Below are positions 1 through 10,744 of a DNA stretch of 64,000 nt, piece by piece. The DNA comes from an uncultured delta proteobacterium (GTDB lineage Bacteria; Myxococcota_A; Polyangia; Fen-1088). Location: positions 25,509 to 89,508 of the forward strand of contig CAVRSU010000011.1 in the NCBI GenBank assembly GCA_963723955.1, written 5' to 3'. Below the pieces are notes generated by a model. It did not search any database. It saw nothing but the letters and a program-made list of their open reading frames with translations, and had not been told where the DNA came from. The position numbers and the translations under genes are program-made. Position 1 is the first letter of the stretch. Each line of letters starts with the position of its first letter.

Positions 1-1602
1 AGTTCGGGTAGTCCCAGCTCCTTCAGAAACTCATTGTGCTTCTCGGTTGCCTTCGCGATTCTCTCCTGTGCATCGACCAACTGCTTGTGCGTTGCCAGCA
101 AGATCGATCTCGACTTCCTGCTGAGCGGTGCTGACGTAGCGGGAGATGTTGAGGTTGTAGCCTTCCTCGACGATCCTCTCCATCGGGATGCGTTTGGAAT
201 AGCGGGGCTCTTCCTTTCGGAACTGATAGGTCGAGACGATCTTCTCGATGTGCTCGTCGGTCAGGACGTTCTGGCGTTTGCCCTTTTCGAAGTGCTCGGC
301 GGCGTTGATGAAGAGCACGTCGTCGGGCTTCTTGCACTTCTTGAGCACCAGGATGCAGACCGGAATGCCGGTGGAGTAGAAGAGATTCGCGGGCAGGCCG
401 ATGACGGTGTCGATGTGGCCGTCGTCGAGTAGCTTCTTGCGGATCTTTTCCTCCGCGCCGCCGCGGAAGAGGACGCCGTGGGGCAGGATGATGGCCATCA
501 CCCCCTGGTCCTTCAGGAAATGGAAGCCGTGCAGCAGGAAGGCGAAGTCGGCGGCCGACTTGGGCGCAAGGCCGTGGTTCTTGAACCGAACATCCTGCGC
601 CATCGCCTCGTTGGGATCCCAGCGGTAGCTGAAGGGCGGATTGGCGACGACGGCGTCGAACTTCGGCACCTTGGCTGGGTTGGTCTCGCGCAGGAAGTCC
701 CAGTCGTTGGTCAAGGTGTCGCCGTGGTAGATCTCGAACTCCGAGTCCTTTACCCCGTGCAGCAGCATGTTCATGCGCGCGAGGTTGTAGGTCGTGATGT
801 TCTTCTCCTGGCCGTGGATCTTGCCGATCACGTGCTTGCCCATGCGCTTGCGCACGTTCAGCAGCAGCGAGCCGGATCCACAGGCGAAGTCCAGGACGCG
901 ATCGAGGCGCGCTAGGTGCCCGGTGGCGGGCTCTTGGCTGTCGAGGGTGACGATGGCTGAGAGAATGCTGGAGATCTGCTGCGGAGTGTAGAACTCGCCC
1001 GCTTTCTTGCCCGAGCCGGCTGCGAACTGGCCGATCAGGTATTCGTACGCGTCGCCGAGCGCGTCGACGTCGGTAGAGAACTCGTTCAAACCCTTGGCAA
1101 TCGCCTTGATGATCTCGCAGAGCTTCTTGTTCTTGTCGGCATGGGTCCTGCCGAGCTTTTCGGAGCCGAGGTTGATCTCGGAAAACAGGCCTTGGAAGGT
1201 GCTCTCGAAGGACTCGTTTTCGATGTACTTGAAACCGTCCCGCAGGGTATTGAGCAACTCGCCGTCATCGTTGCGAGCCATGGCAGCGATACTGCTCCAG
1301 AGATGGTCGGGCTTGATGACGTAGTGGACTTTACGCCGCATCTGCTTTTCGAAGTCGGCGACGTCACGCTTGTTGTCGGCATACCAGACGGCCAGCGGCA
1401 CGCGACTATCGGCCGCAGGCAGTTTGGGATAGTCGCGCCCCAGCTCCTTCTTTGCGGCAGCCTCGTAATTGTCAGAAAGGTAGCGCAGGAAGAGGAAGGC
1501 CAGCATGTAGTCGCGGAAGTCATCCGCATTCATCGCCCCGCGCAGTTGGTCGGCGATATTCCACAGGGTCTTGCCTAGTTGCTTTTGGTCGTTGTCGGTC
1601 AT
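1..1602 (-). CDS. hsdM: Type I R-M methyltransferase subunit M; apparent +1 frameshift near nt 95-102, true C-terminus probably runs off the window start
   Basis: ORF 31..1602 has motif I DFACGSGSLL, motif IV NPPF and the GEFYTP motif. The canonical tail (ATHKQLVDAQERIAKATEKHNEFLKELGLPE) is in a shifted frame at 1..95. Confidence 0.95.
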
Positions 1603-2765
1603 GATTGAGTGGTGGAGGGTGCGGGAGTTGGCGCTACGTTGGAAGCATAGCTTTCGTCGGGTGCTGGGTCGGTCCCGGGTTCGGTGGGGAACAATCTGGG
1701 GTTGAAGGGATAGTGGGAAACGAATTGGCGGAAGATCGTTCGGAAATGGCGCTTATTCTCCTCCATCATCTCCCTCGGTTCATACAGCGAGTAGTCGCCA
1801 TGGCTCATGAGGTCTATCAGTCGCTTGTACAGTGTCCTGTCAGGATCGTTGTCTTCGACTCTGATGCACGCCTTCCAGTCATCCAATCCGAAGAAGCTGG
1901 CTGTTTGCTCCATAGTCCGCCGCATCATGTTGAAGTGGTGGGTATACAGTGCGCCCGATCTTTGGGCCTCGTGTAGGTCGACCAAGTTCGAGAGATGATG
2001 CAGGAAGGGCTTCGCGGTTGTATCGCGAAGCTCGTAGCCTTCTAATGCTGCGCCCTTGTTCAAAAAATGCCGGAATGCTTTGCTCTTTAGCTCATTGCAG
2101 AGAACATTGAAGAAGAGCACATGGTGCGAAGAGATGACAATGCGGGGACCCTCATCGGATTTTGTGAACGTTTGCACCAAATGGTTGGCGACGGCGATAG
2201 CGTTGGGTTCGTCGAGGGACGAAATCGGGTCGTCGATGTAGATGTACTTGACCCAGCGGTAAGCCTCCGCGCGATCCAACACAAGCTGCACGATCGCGAG
2301 AAAGAAGCACCAAATGAAGATGTTCTCCTCGCCTCGGGAGATCTTGATGTCCTCCACCGTTGTGACCGTCTCGCCGCTCGGGACCTCGCGAGAGAAGCTT
2401 ACTTCCCATGCCGTCGTATCGATGCGGAAATCGAAATCCGCGTAGCGGCTCAAGAGCGGACGGATGCGGTTGTCCATCTCCATTTCGCCAAGACCGGCGA
2501 AGAAACGGGAAGCGGAATTGATCTTCAAGACCCGCTCGCGGTCGTTGTCGAGGTCATTGTCCCAAGAGAAGAGGTCTTCGGTGAAGGCATTGAAATAGAG
2601 AGTGTCGCGGTCGTCGCCTGTCTTGCCAAGGTCCTTGAATGCGGTGGAAAGGCGCGTCTTGCCCGTGCCGTTGTAGGCAAAGAGCAGAATAAACTTCTTG
2701 GTCTGCAACTCTTGGCGAAGCCGCGTGGCCAAGGCGCTCAAATCTGGAAATAAAGTCGCGCTCAT
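1599..2765 (-). CDS. prrC: PrrC-like anticodon nuclease (ABC-ATPase plus RNase domain)
   Basis: Walker A FAYNGTGKTRLS, PrrC box YFNAFTEDLFSWDND, ABC signature SRGEE, Walker B YIDDPISSLD, RxxxE (RRTME) and SH catalytic-type residues; lies inside the hsd operon. Confidence 0.88.
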   Translation of the reverse strand: MSATLFPDLSALATRLRQELQTKKFILLFAYNGTGKTRLSTAFKDLGKTGDDRDTLYFNAFTEDLFSWDNDLDNDRERVLKINSASRFFAGLGEMEMDNRIRPLLSRYADFDFRIDTTAWEVSFSREVPSGETVTTVEDIKISRGEENIFIWCFFLAIVQLVLDRAEAYRWVKYIYIDDPISSLDEPNAIAVANHLVQTFTKSDEGPRIVISSHHVLFFNVLCNELKSKAFRHFLNKGAALEGYELRDTTAKPFLHHLSNLVDLHEAQRSGALYTHHFNMMRRTMEQTASFFGLDDWKACIRVEDNDPDRTLYKRLIDLMSHGDYSLYEPREMMEENKRHFRTIFRQFVSHYPFNPRLFPTEPGTDPAPDESYASNVAPTPAPSTTQS

Positions 2766-3435
2766 TTCTCAGCTTCCGACGGCGACGGAAAGAGCTGTTG
2801 CATGAGCCCTTGCTTGTGGGTCTTGAGGACAGCGAGCCTGTCGCCTTGAGCGGCGATCAGCTCGTCGAGGGAAGAGAGACTGTTGGCAATCTGTCGCTGC
2901 TCCTCTCTCTTCTGGGGAACTAGAAGCGGCATCTCCGTAATCGTTGCCAGTACGATATATGGGGTGTTTCCGTCCTTCTTCTCCAAGCTGATTCGCGACG
3001 GCAAATTGCGCTCCAAGAAGTACCTCAGGTAAGGGACGTCGACATCAAAATCCTGCAAAACGTAGGTTCTTTGGTAGGCGTTGAATTTGCCATTGTAGTG
3101 ATGTACGTAACCCAGATAGGCACCATTACCCGCGATTAGCAGCGCCTCGCCATCGAAAGCGTATTTGTCTATCCTGTAGAAGTCCTTAGCGCATGTGTAG
3201 AATCGGTACTCTCCGTTCTCTACCATTGCATTTGCGTCGAGTTTCCCTGTCTTAACGCTTCTTACCACCTGGCTCAGGAGCTTCCTGTTCCACTCAGGGG
3301 AGTTTTTAAACTCGCGAAAGCGGAAGCGTGGGACCGTCTCGCCCTCACGGGGGAAGATCTGCTGCATCAGCCCCTTCTTGTGCGCCTCAAGTGCGTCCAG
3401 CTTCTGGCTTTCGACTCCGATCAGCTCATCCAGGG
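2762..3435 (-). pseudogene. hsdS: hsdS 3' half (central conserved region, TRD2, C-terminal helix)
   Basis: HKKGLMQQIFP..PRFRF, a TRD, then LDELIAAQ..HKQGLMQQLFP. Joins in frame with the 5' half once the IS and one TSD are removed. Confidence 0.9.
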
Positions 3436-4764
3436 CTGAGGGATCCCCTCATAGGCATCAAAGAATTCCAAACACTTGAGCAAAAGCCCGTTGCTCGGAA
3501 ACTAGGCGGCCAAATGCGGCCATTAGGGGCGCAAGCCACTCCTCCGGCATCATTGGAATGGCTCCATACCAATAGCTGCCTTGGGTGAATAGCGAATGCG
3601 TCCGGCGCTTCACCGTGTTGACCTTGAGCTTGCGGTCGAGTCCGGTTTCTTCCGCCGCGGCACCCAGAAGCGTGAGCAATGCCTGGGAGATGGCCGCCAG
3701 GAGAAGGAGTCGGTCTCGTCGTTCGGGATCCGCAATGTGCGTAGCTTTCAAACCCATTCCAAAGCGTGCGTCCTTGGCGTCGCGGAACGTTTCCTCGATG
3801 GTGAAGCGCTTGCCGTACGCCTTGACTGCCTGTGCGCCGCTGAGATCAGAGCGACTCGTCGCCAGATGCCAGGCATCCTTCATTCCGCGCGCGTGCACGC
3901 CTACCACCGCAGCCACCGGCGTCCGGTCGGAGGTGACCTTGACGTTCGCAAGCTTGACCGCTCGTCCGCTCGGTGAAAGCCATTGTGCCGCAGGTCGGAC
4001 TTCGCGGTTGGACGCCTCGACGTAGATGATTCCTCGAAAGCGGATGATGAAATCCAGGCCGAGCGAAACAAGGAAGGGATAGAGTTTCTGGTCCCCAAAC
4101 CCTCGGTCTGCCAGCACGGTCGCTCGCTTGGTATGCGCCGGACGCAGCTTGGCGAACAGGGCCAGGAGGTCATCCTCATGGTCGTTGCGCCAGCCTTCGA
4201 TGGTTGACTTTCTGACTGTTCGCCACAGCAACGGCGTCGCTCGTCCGTGGGACGTGATGAGATACAAGGCGATGGTGCAATGGTCGTCGGCATCGAACTC
4301 AGTCCAGTCGAGCGCGACGTAGACATCCTCACGCGCGCCCAGCACGAAAGGCACCCAGTTCTTAAAGAAGGTATCGCACGAGATACCCGCATTGCTCATC
4401 AGGCGATCGACCTGCTTGACTGCGTGCCTTGGATTCAGTCCCTGAGCCTGCGCCAACCCTTGTCCGATGGCGTGAATGCCCAGCGTGGCGCCGTGGATGA
4501 CGCCGGTTACCCCGTTGGCTAGCGAAAGCACTCTCTTCGCGTGGAAATCCTCTCCAATAAGCTTCTCAACAAACCGCTGTGTGTCCGCCGGGCGCAACCG
4601 ATTCTTTGCGAGTGGCTTGCGCAATCTAGTTCCAGGAGTCGTCGTCTCGTGGCTCATGGAATCCATGTACCAGAACTTGCTGTGGATAAGTCAATCCTCG
4701 ACGTTTTTCAATCGCCAGCAATATCAAGTGCTTATGAGTTGCGCGCGATGAGGGGATCGTTCAG
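3436..4764 (-). mobile_element. IS4-family (IS10-like) insertion sequence, 1329 bp
   Basis: TIRs CTGAGGGATCCCCTCAT (3436-3452) and ATGAGGGGATCGTTCAG (4748-4764), 15/17 match; 9-bp TSD CATCCAGGG at 3427-3435 and 4765-4773. Confidence 0.95.
3458..4666 (-). CDS. IS4-family DDE transposase (402 aa)
   Basis: VALDWT, VLADRGF and YGKRFTIEETFRDAK (YREK signature); lies between the TIRs. Confidence 0.95.
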   Translation of the reverse strand: MDSMSHETTTPGTRLRKPLAKNRLRPADTQRFVEKLIGEDFHAKRVLSLANGVTGVIHGATLGIHAIGQGLAQAQGLNPRHAVKQVDRLMSNAGISCDTFFKNWVPFVLGAREDVYVALDWTEFDADDHCTIALYLITSHGRATPLLWRTVRKSTIEGWRNDHEDDLLALFAKLRPAHTKRATVLADRGFGDQKLYPFLVSLGLDFIIRFRGIIYVEASNREVRPAAQWLSPSGRAVKLANVKVTSDRTPVAAVVGVHARGMKDAWHLATSRSDLSGAQAVKAYGKRFTIEETFRDAKDARFGMGLKATHIADPERRDRLLLLAAISQALLTLLGAAAEETGLDRKLKVNTVKRRTHSLFTQGSYWYGAIPMMPEEWLAPLMAAFGRLVSEQRAFAQVFGIL

Positions 4765-5299
4765 CATCCAGGGTGCTCAGGCACTCGGCAACCTTCTCTT
4801 GCTCGGCAATCGACGGATTCGGGATCAGCAGATCCGAGAATTGATCGTAACTGATCATTTTTCCATCGCGCAGCCCTTCCAGGTTCTTTGTGAGCTGCCG
4901 TATGAAGCGGTGGGATTTGAATAGGTGCTTGAAGAATAGGGCTGACAGTTCGGTCTTCTTGCGAAGGATCACGTACGCCGGGCTGCAGACTCCGTGGTAT
5001 CCGGAGTATTCGATCCCCCCTTGGAAGGATCTGAGGCTAATAATGAAATCGCCTGTCTGAACCTCTTTGTAGCTTTCGATGCTCTTTGGGGTCACCGAAA
5101 CGTGGTAGTCGATGTCATCTCGCGGAATTGCCCCATGCTCCTGGGTGATGGCGAGGATGGGGAGCCCCGCCCGCGCCTGGCGGTTATTGATCTGGTCGAA
5201 CAGCGCGTCTCCGTGCGTAGTGTTCCACCCAGGCTCGTCCCGCAACTCGGGAAACCGCAGTCTCGGCGTGAGCTTTGGATTGTTGCCGGTGGATTTCAT
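4765..5299 (-). pseudogene. hsdS: hsdS 5' half (TRD1), interrupted by the IS
   Basis: MKSTGNNPKLTPRLRFPE...PSIAEQEKVAECLSTLD, ending at the TSD; start overlaps the kilA-N stop codon. Confidence 0.9.
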
Positions 5300-6132
5300 C
5301 ACTTCAGCCGTTTGACGTTGGGATCGGACAGCAGGGTGCGCATCTGGGTGATGGCGATTTCGTTGAGTTTGAGGAGGCGATCCGACGGCGGGAGGCCCTG
5401 GCGAATGAGCACGGCGTTGAGGCTTTCGAGGTTGGTGAGGACGACGAGCTGATCGAGGGGTGCGTGGTCGCGAACGTTGCCCTCGGCTTCGGGATGGGCA
5501 TGGCGCCACTGCTTAGCGGTCTGGCCGAAGAGGGCGACGTTGAGTAGGTCGGCCTCGCTGGCGTAGACGAGGTTGGCTTGGGCCTTGGTGACGGCGGGAG
5601 GAATCAGGGACTCTTTGATGGCGTCGGTGTGGATGCGGTAGTTGATCTTGGCGAGGGTGCGCTGGAGGTTCCAGCCAAGCTTCAGGCGGTCGTTCTCATC
5701 GTCCTTGAGGCGCTGAAATTCCTTGATCAGGTACAGCTTGAATTCGACGGAGATCCAGGAGGCGAACTCGAAGGCGATGTCCTTGTGGGCGTAGGTACCG
5801 CCGTAGCGGCCAGCACGGGAAATAAGCCCCGTGGCGCCGGTCGCATCAATCCAACGTTTGGCGGTCAGGATGAAGCTGTTCAGCCCCGCCTGCTTTTTAA
5901 TCCCATCGAATTCGATGGGATTAAAACCGGGGTTATTCAGTTGTTCCCAGACGCCGAGGAACTCGATGGTGTTGCGATTGCGCATCCAGTTCGCGATGAG
6001 GTAGTCGGTGCGTTCGGCGTCCCTGTGGCGGGCGATGTCGGTGAGGCTGATGTAATCCTGCCGATCATGGGAGAGCACGGCCACATCGGTGCCCTTCACC
6101 GCGATGAGAGTTCGTTTCGGCTTATTGCTCAT
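5299..6132 (-). CDS. KilA-N domain DNA-binding protein
   Basis: YISLTDIA..NWMRNRNTIEFLGVWE..GRYGGTYAHKDIAFEFASWIS is typical of this KilA-N family. Confidence 0.9.
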   Translation of the reverse strand: MSNKPKRTLIAVKGTDVAVLSHDRQDYISLTDIARHRDAERTDYLIANWMRNRNTIEFLGVWEQLNNPGFNPIEFDGIKKQAGLNSFILTAKRWIDATGATGLISRAGRYGGTYAHKDIAFEFASWISVEFKLYLIKEFQRLKDDENDRLKLGWNLQRTLAKINYRIHTDAIKESLIPPAVTKAQANLVYASEADLLNVALFGQTAKQWRHAHPEAEGNVRDHAPLDQLVVLTNLESLNAVLIRQGLPPSDRLLKLNEIAITQMRTLLSDPNVKRLK

Positions 6133-9100
6133 AGGCGCTCAATCCCGAGATCTCGCGGCCACCGGCGCGCTTCTTGAGCAGGGGGACCAGATCATCCATC
6201 AGCGCAAGCTCCTTCACGCGACGGGCCTTCCAGTTCAGTCCCAGCGGCTCCAGCAGCTCGGTGAGCTGCTCGCCGTCGAAAACCATGCGCTGGAGAATGG
6301 CATCGAGGAAGGCTTGCAGCGTGGCGGTAGCAAGGCCGTGCTTTTCCGCGACGGTGCCGACCTCGGCGGCGTTCCTCTCGGTCTTGAAGCGCTCGTAGCC
6401 AGCGCGGATCTCCTTCTCATCGAGGCCCTGGCCGGCCTGGAGGCTGCGAACGTAGTCGGTGATGGTCTCCCGCTCGTCCATGAACTTCGCGTCGGCTTGG
6501 ATGAGGCCGATAAGTTGGTCGCGGTTCATCTTCAGCCTGCCCGGGGGCTCCTGCGAGTAGCGGGCAAGCAGGGCCATGATGTAGTCGTAGTCGATATCGG
6601 CGGAGGCAAAGAGAACGAACTCGAACTCGAGATCCTCCACGGCAGGGATGGGGACGGCGCCGGCCTTGGTCTGCTCGGCCCTGAGGCGCTGGGCAGTTTG
6701 CAGGTAGACACCGCGGAAGGCGTTGAGCTGATCCTGGGGAAGGAGCTGGTCAATGGTAGCTCGGGTCTCGGGGCCAAGGTCGGTGTATTGGTCGAGCTGA
6801 ATCTTGAGTCGCTGAATGTCGCGGAAGCGCTCGACAAAGGCGGCGCGAGCCTCGTCGCCGCGCAAAGCGGGCACGTTTTCGGGCTTGGGCTCGAGTCCCT
6901 GGGACTGCATGAAGTCGTCGAGCTTGCCGAGGGCGGCCTTCAGTTTCTCGACGACCTTGGGTGCGGGATCGACAAGCCAGAATCTCCCGGGCCTTGATGT
7001 TGTTCTCGACCCCAGAGAAGAGGGTGATGGCGGCATCGACCGCCTCCTGCTGCTCGCGAAAATCGAGGATCTGGCCATGGGGCTTAGTGGCGTTGAGAAC
7101 GCGGTTGGTGCGGGAGAAGGCCTGGATGAGACCGTGGTGCTTGAGGTTCTTGTCGACATAGAGAGTGTTGAGGAACTTCGAGTCGAAGCCGGTAAGGAGC
7201 ATATCCACGACGATGGTGATGTCGATCTTCTCGGCGCCCCTGTGCGGGAGGTCGGCGCCCTGGAACTGCTGGTCCTTGATGCGCTTCTGGACGTCCTGAT
7301 AGTAGAGATCGAACTTGCCGATGTCGTGGTTGGTGTGGAATCGGGCGTTGTAGTCCGCGATGATGGCCTTGAGGGCTTCCTTCTTCCTCTCGGGCTCCTT
7401 CTCGTTGTCCGCCTTTTCCTGGGGAAGGTCTTCCTGAATCTGCTTCACGTCGGCATCGCCTTCGGCGGGTGGCGAGAAGACGCAAGCGATATTGAGCCGA
7501 ACGAAGTCGGGATCCGCGGCGTGTCGCTCGCCCTGGATGGTTTGGAACAGTCCGTGGTATTCGATGGCGTCGTTGATGGAGGCGGTGGCAAAGAGGGCGT
7601 TGAAGCGGCGCGAATGGGTGGCGGCGGCGTGTTTGTCGAGGATGGCCTCGACGATGGCGCGCTTGGCGAGAGATTGGCCGGCCTTGGGCACGTCCTTCCC
7701 CGCGGGCTTGTAGTAGTCCACGTGGAAACGGAGGACGTTCTGCTCCTCGATGGCGTGGGTGATGGTGTATTGGTGCAGGCAGCGCTGGAACAGGTCGTCC
7801 GTGGTTCGATAGCTAGCCTGTTGGCCCTCAATCTGCTGATAGGAGGCGTTCGTTTCGAAGATGGGGGTGCCGGTGAAACCGAAGAGCTGGGAGTTTGGGA
7901 AGAACTCCTTGATGGCCTTGTGATTCTCGCCGAACTGCGAGCGGTGGCATTCGTCGAAGATGAAGACGAGGCGGTTGTTGCGTAGGGGCTCGAGAGCCTT
8001 CTTGTAGTTGCGCTTGTTGTTGCCGTCGAGCGCGAGGCCCAGCTTCTGGATGGTGGTGACGATGACTTTGTCGGACTTGTCATCGGAGAGGAGGCGACCG
8101 ACCAGGGACTCGGTATTGGTGTTCTCCTCGACGCATCCCTCCTGAAAGCGGTTGAACTCCTCGCGGGTCTGCCGGTCGAGATCTTTCCGGTCCACGACGA
8201 ACAGGCACTTGTCGATAGCGGGGTTGTCCTTGAGGAGCGTGGATGCCTTGAAGGAGGTGAGCGTCTTGCCGCTGCCGGTGGTGTGCCAGATGTACCCGTT
8301 GCCGCAGTTTTTCTCGATGCACTCGACGATGGCCTGGACCGCGTAGATCTGATACGGCCGCATCAGCATCAGCTTTTGCTCGCTGGCGATGAGCGCCATG
8401 TAGCGGCTGATCATCCGGCCGAGGGTGCACTTCTGCAGGAAGCGCTCGGCGAAGTCGTCGAGATGGTTGACGACCTTGTTGGCCTCGTCGGCGAAACGGT
8501 AAACCGGCAGGAAGCGCTCGTCCGCGTTGAAGGCGAAGTGGCGGGCGTTGTTGTTGGCAAAATAGACCGTCTCGGTGCGGTTGCTGACGATGAAAAGCTG
8601 GACGAAGCAGAGGAGCGTGCGGGTGTAGCCGTTGCCCGGATCGTTCTTGTAGTCGACGATCTGCTCCATGGCCCGGCGTGGGTTGACACCGAGGGTCTTC
8701 AGCTCGACCTGCACGACGGGAACGCCGTTGATGAGGAGGATGACGTCGTAGCGGTGGTGGCTGTAGTCGGTGTTGATGCGGAGCTGGTGGATGACCTCGA
8801 AGTCGTTCTTGCACCAGTCCTTGATGTTGACCAAGGTGTAGGCGAGTGGCGTGCCGTCTTCGCGGGTGAAGTCGTTGCGCTCGCGCAGGACGCGGGCGGC
8901 GGTGAAGACGTCGGGGGTGATCGAATCCTCAAGGAGGAGCTGGAACTCGCCGTCGGTCAGCTTGACGCGGTTGAGGGATTCGAACTTGTCGCGGAAGTTC
9001 TTCTCGAGCGATGCCCGGTCGCGAATGTCGTCCCGGTAGGTGTACTTGAGGGTGCGTAGCCGTTCGATGAAGTCCGTCTCGATGTCTTGCTCGTTGACGG

Positions 9101-9152
9101 AGTGTGGCCCACTATCCGGGGTGTACTCGTAGGGCGGTATCTCGGGCGGCAT
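6122..9152 (-). CDS. hsdR: Type I restriction endonuclease subunit R; +1 frameshift near 6981
   Basis: Nuclease motif DVILLINGVPVVQVELK, Walker A HTTGSGKT, DECH, FTGTP, MLLTGFD, QAFSRTNR. The C-terminus (WLVDPAPKVV...GLSAYEQ) continues in ORF 6122..7159. Start chosen at ATG 9152. Confidence 0.92.
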
Positions 9153-9346
9153 GAGAGGTCTCGCGTTCGCCCGGCAGCCTATCCCCTGACGTGGCGAACC
9201 CGCAACCACATAACATCCTGAGACGCCCGGCTGTTGCGCTACCTCCACATGGTGGAGGACGACGGTGAGGGGCAAACCCGCTTTCTCGCAGCCGTCCTCG
9301 CCGAGCGCGAGCGGGCGGGAAGGTGCGCTGGGAAGGTTTCGCTGCG

Positions 9347-9442
9347 AAGGTGCCAGAGGTTTCTGGGGAAGCACACGCGACCTTTCCCGCCTCCTGGCCG
9401 ATAGCAACGTATGTCCAGACCACTGCGATTCGTTCCGGAGCA
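9347..9442 (+). repeat. ~95-bp direct repeat, copy 1 (HUH transposase leader and first codons)
   Basis: AAGGTGCCAGAGGTTTC...GATAGCAACGTATGTCCAG.CCACTGCGATTCGTTCCGGAGCA, nearly identical to 10745-10839. Confidence 0.92.
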
Positions 9443-9641
9443 CGCCCTCGTCGAAATCACCACGCGGACCTTTCAGGGGAGGTTGCTGCTCAGACCGTCC
9501 CCCGAGCTCACCGACATCATCCTCGGCATCATCGGCAAGGCACAGGCCCTCTACAGCATGACCATCCATGCCTTCGTGTTCTTGAGCACCCACAGCCACT
9601 TTTTGCTGTCACCCACCAGCGCCGTCCAACTGTTGGGTTGA
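9411..9641 (+). pseudogene. Truncated HUH (Y1/RAYT-like) transposase
   Basis: MSRPLRF..VEITTRT..LLLRP..IHAFVFLSTHSHFLL carries the HUH motif; the ORF stops before any catalytic Tyr region. Confidence 0.75.
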
Positions 9642-9643
9642 AA

Positions 9644-9666
9644 TGGAAACCCTGGTAGGGTTTCCA
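9644..9666. repeat. Perfect 10-bp-stem palindrome (REP-like hairpin)
   Basis: TGGAAACCCT-GGT-AGGGTTTCCA, immediately after the transposase truncation point. Confidence 0.7.
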
Positions 9667-9833
9667 AACCTTCCCGCGATGGCTTGAGTACTACCTCGAG
9701 CGAATCGGGAAGGTGCCTGCACGCGTCGCTTACGCGTCAGACCAACGGCTGAGTGTGACCGGCGACACCACTCGCACCCTGGCGAGCATGCATGGGCGCC
9801 GCGATCGGTCTACTATTGGGGCGCGTGCAAATC

Positions 9834-10656
9834 ATGAGGCCGTTCGCCCCTCCCGTCCGTCCTGGTTCGCCTGTGCTATTGGCGCTCCTGGCGTGGGCGT
9901 GCAGTTCCAAGGGTACGTCCCGAGATGCGGCCTCGGATGTTGGCCAGGCCGACCTTGCGCCGATTGCCGATGTCAGCCATGCGGCAGATGCTCCTGGCAG
10001 CACCGATAGCACCCCCGACGGTGTGATGAATGTCCCGGATGCGAAAGGCGCCGACAGCGGCCAGGACGGCGCGAGCCCCGAGGCCGCTGGCGCGGGCGGC
10101 TCCGGAATCGGAGGAGCGGGGGCCGGCGGGAACGGTTCGGGGGGAGTGGGAGCCGGAGGGGGTGGGCAGGGCGGATCGGGTGGAGTCGGCTCGGGCGGAG
10201 CTGGCGGCAGCGGGCCTGGGGGGGCTGGAATCGGAGGAGCAGGGGCCGGCGGGAACGGTTCGGGGGGAGTGGGAGTCGGAGGGGGTGGGCAGGGCGGATC
10301 GGGTGGAGTCGGCTCGGGCGGAGCTGGCGGCAGCGGGTCTGGGGAGGCTGGAACGGGAGGAGCAGGTGGCGTCGGCGGCGGAACTTTTTACTGCGACCCT
10401 AGTTCGCGCTCGTGCGTTCAGGGAATAGAGTATTGCATCCACACCCACTGGGGAGGTGGCGTCGGCGGCGCTGGTGGCCCCCCCCCCGGTTAACGATAAT
10501 TATTCTTGCCACTCCTTTCCGCCGGAGTGCGCCAGCGAACCGGACTGTGCCTGCCTCAAAGCTCACCCCGGGGGCCTCAACAGCTCTGCTTCTTGCTCGG
10601 AGAACCTGGGCAACGTGTTCTTGTCTATGTTTTGCGGAGGGGACAGCGCCTGCTGA
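9834..10656 (+). CDS. Lipoprotein with Gly-rich linker and Cys-rich C-terminal domain; frameshift in C10 tract 10478-10487
   Basis: Lipobox-like LAWAC; removing one C joins ORF 9792..10493 to the Cys-rich ORF ending at 10656. Confidence 0.7.
10104..10349 (+). repeat. Intragenic tandem duplication, period 123 bp (41 aa)
   Basis: GGAATCGGAGGAGC...GGCGGCAGCGGG starts at 10104 and again at 10227. Confidence 0.9.
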
Positions 10657-10744
10657 GGACCGACGCGCCGGCACCACCGAGGACCCGCGGACGCAGCAGA
10701 CGCTGTACCGGTACGCGAGCTACGCGCGGGAAAGGTGCACGGGC

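Noticed and set aside
9262-9300. GGGCAAACCC as a c-di-GMP-I riboswitch
   Set aside because: The GNRA-loop P2 and the downstream GCAAAGC elements are absent.
9153-9599. N-terminal 149-aa extension of the 949-aa HsdR ORF
   Set aside because: It is antisense to the transposase remnant and repeat; HsdR-like sequence begins only near 9152.
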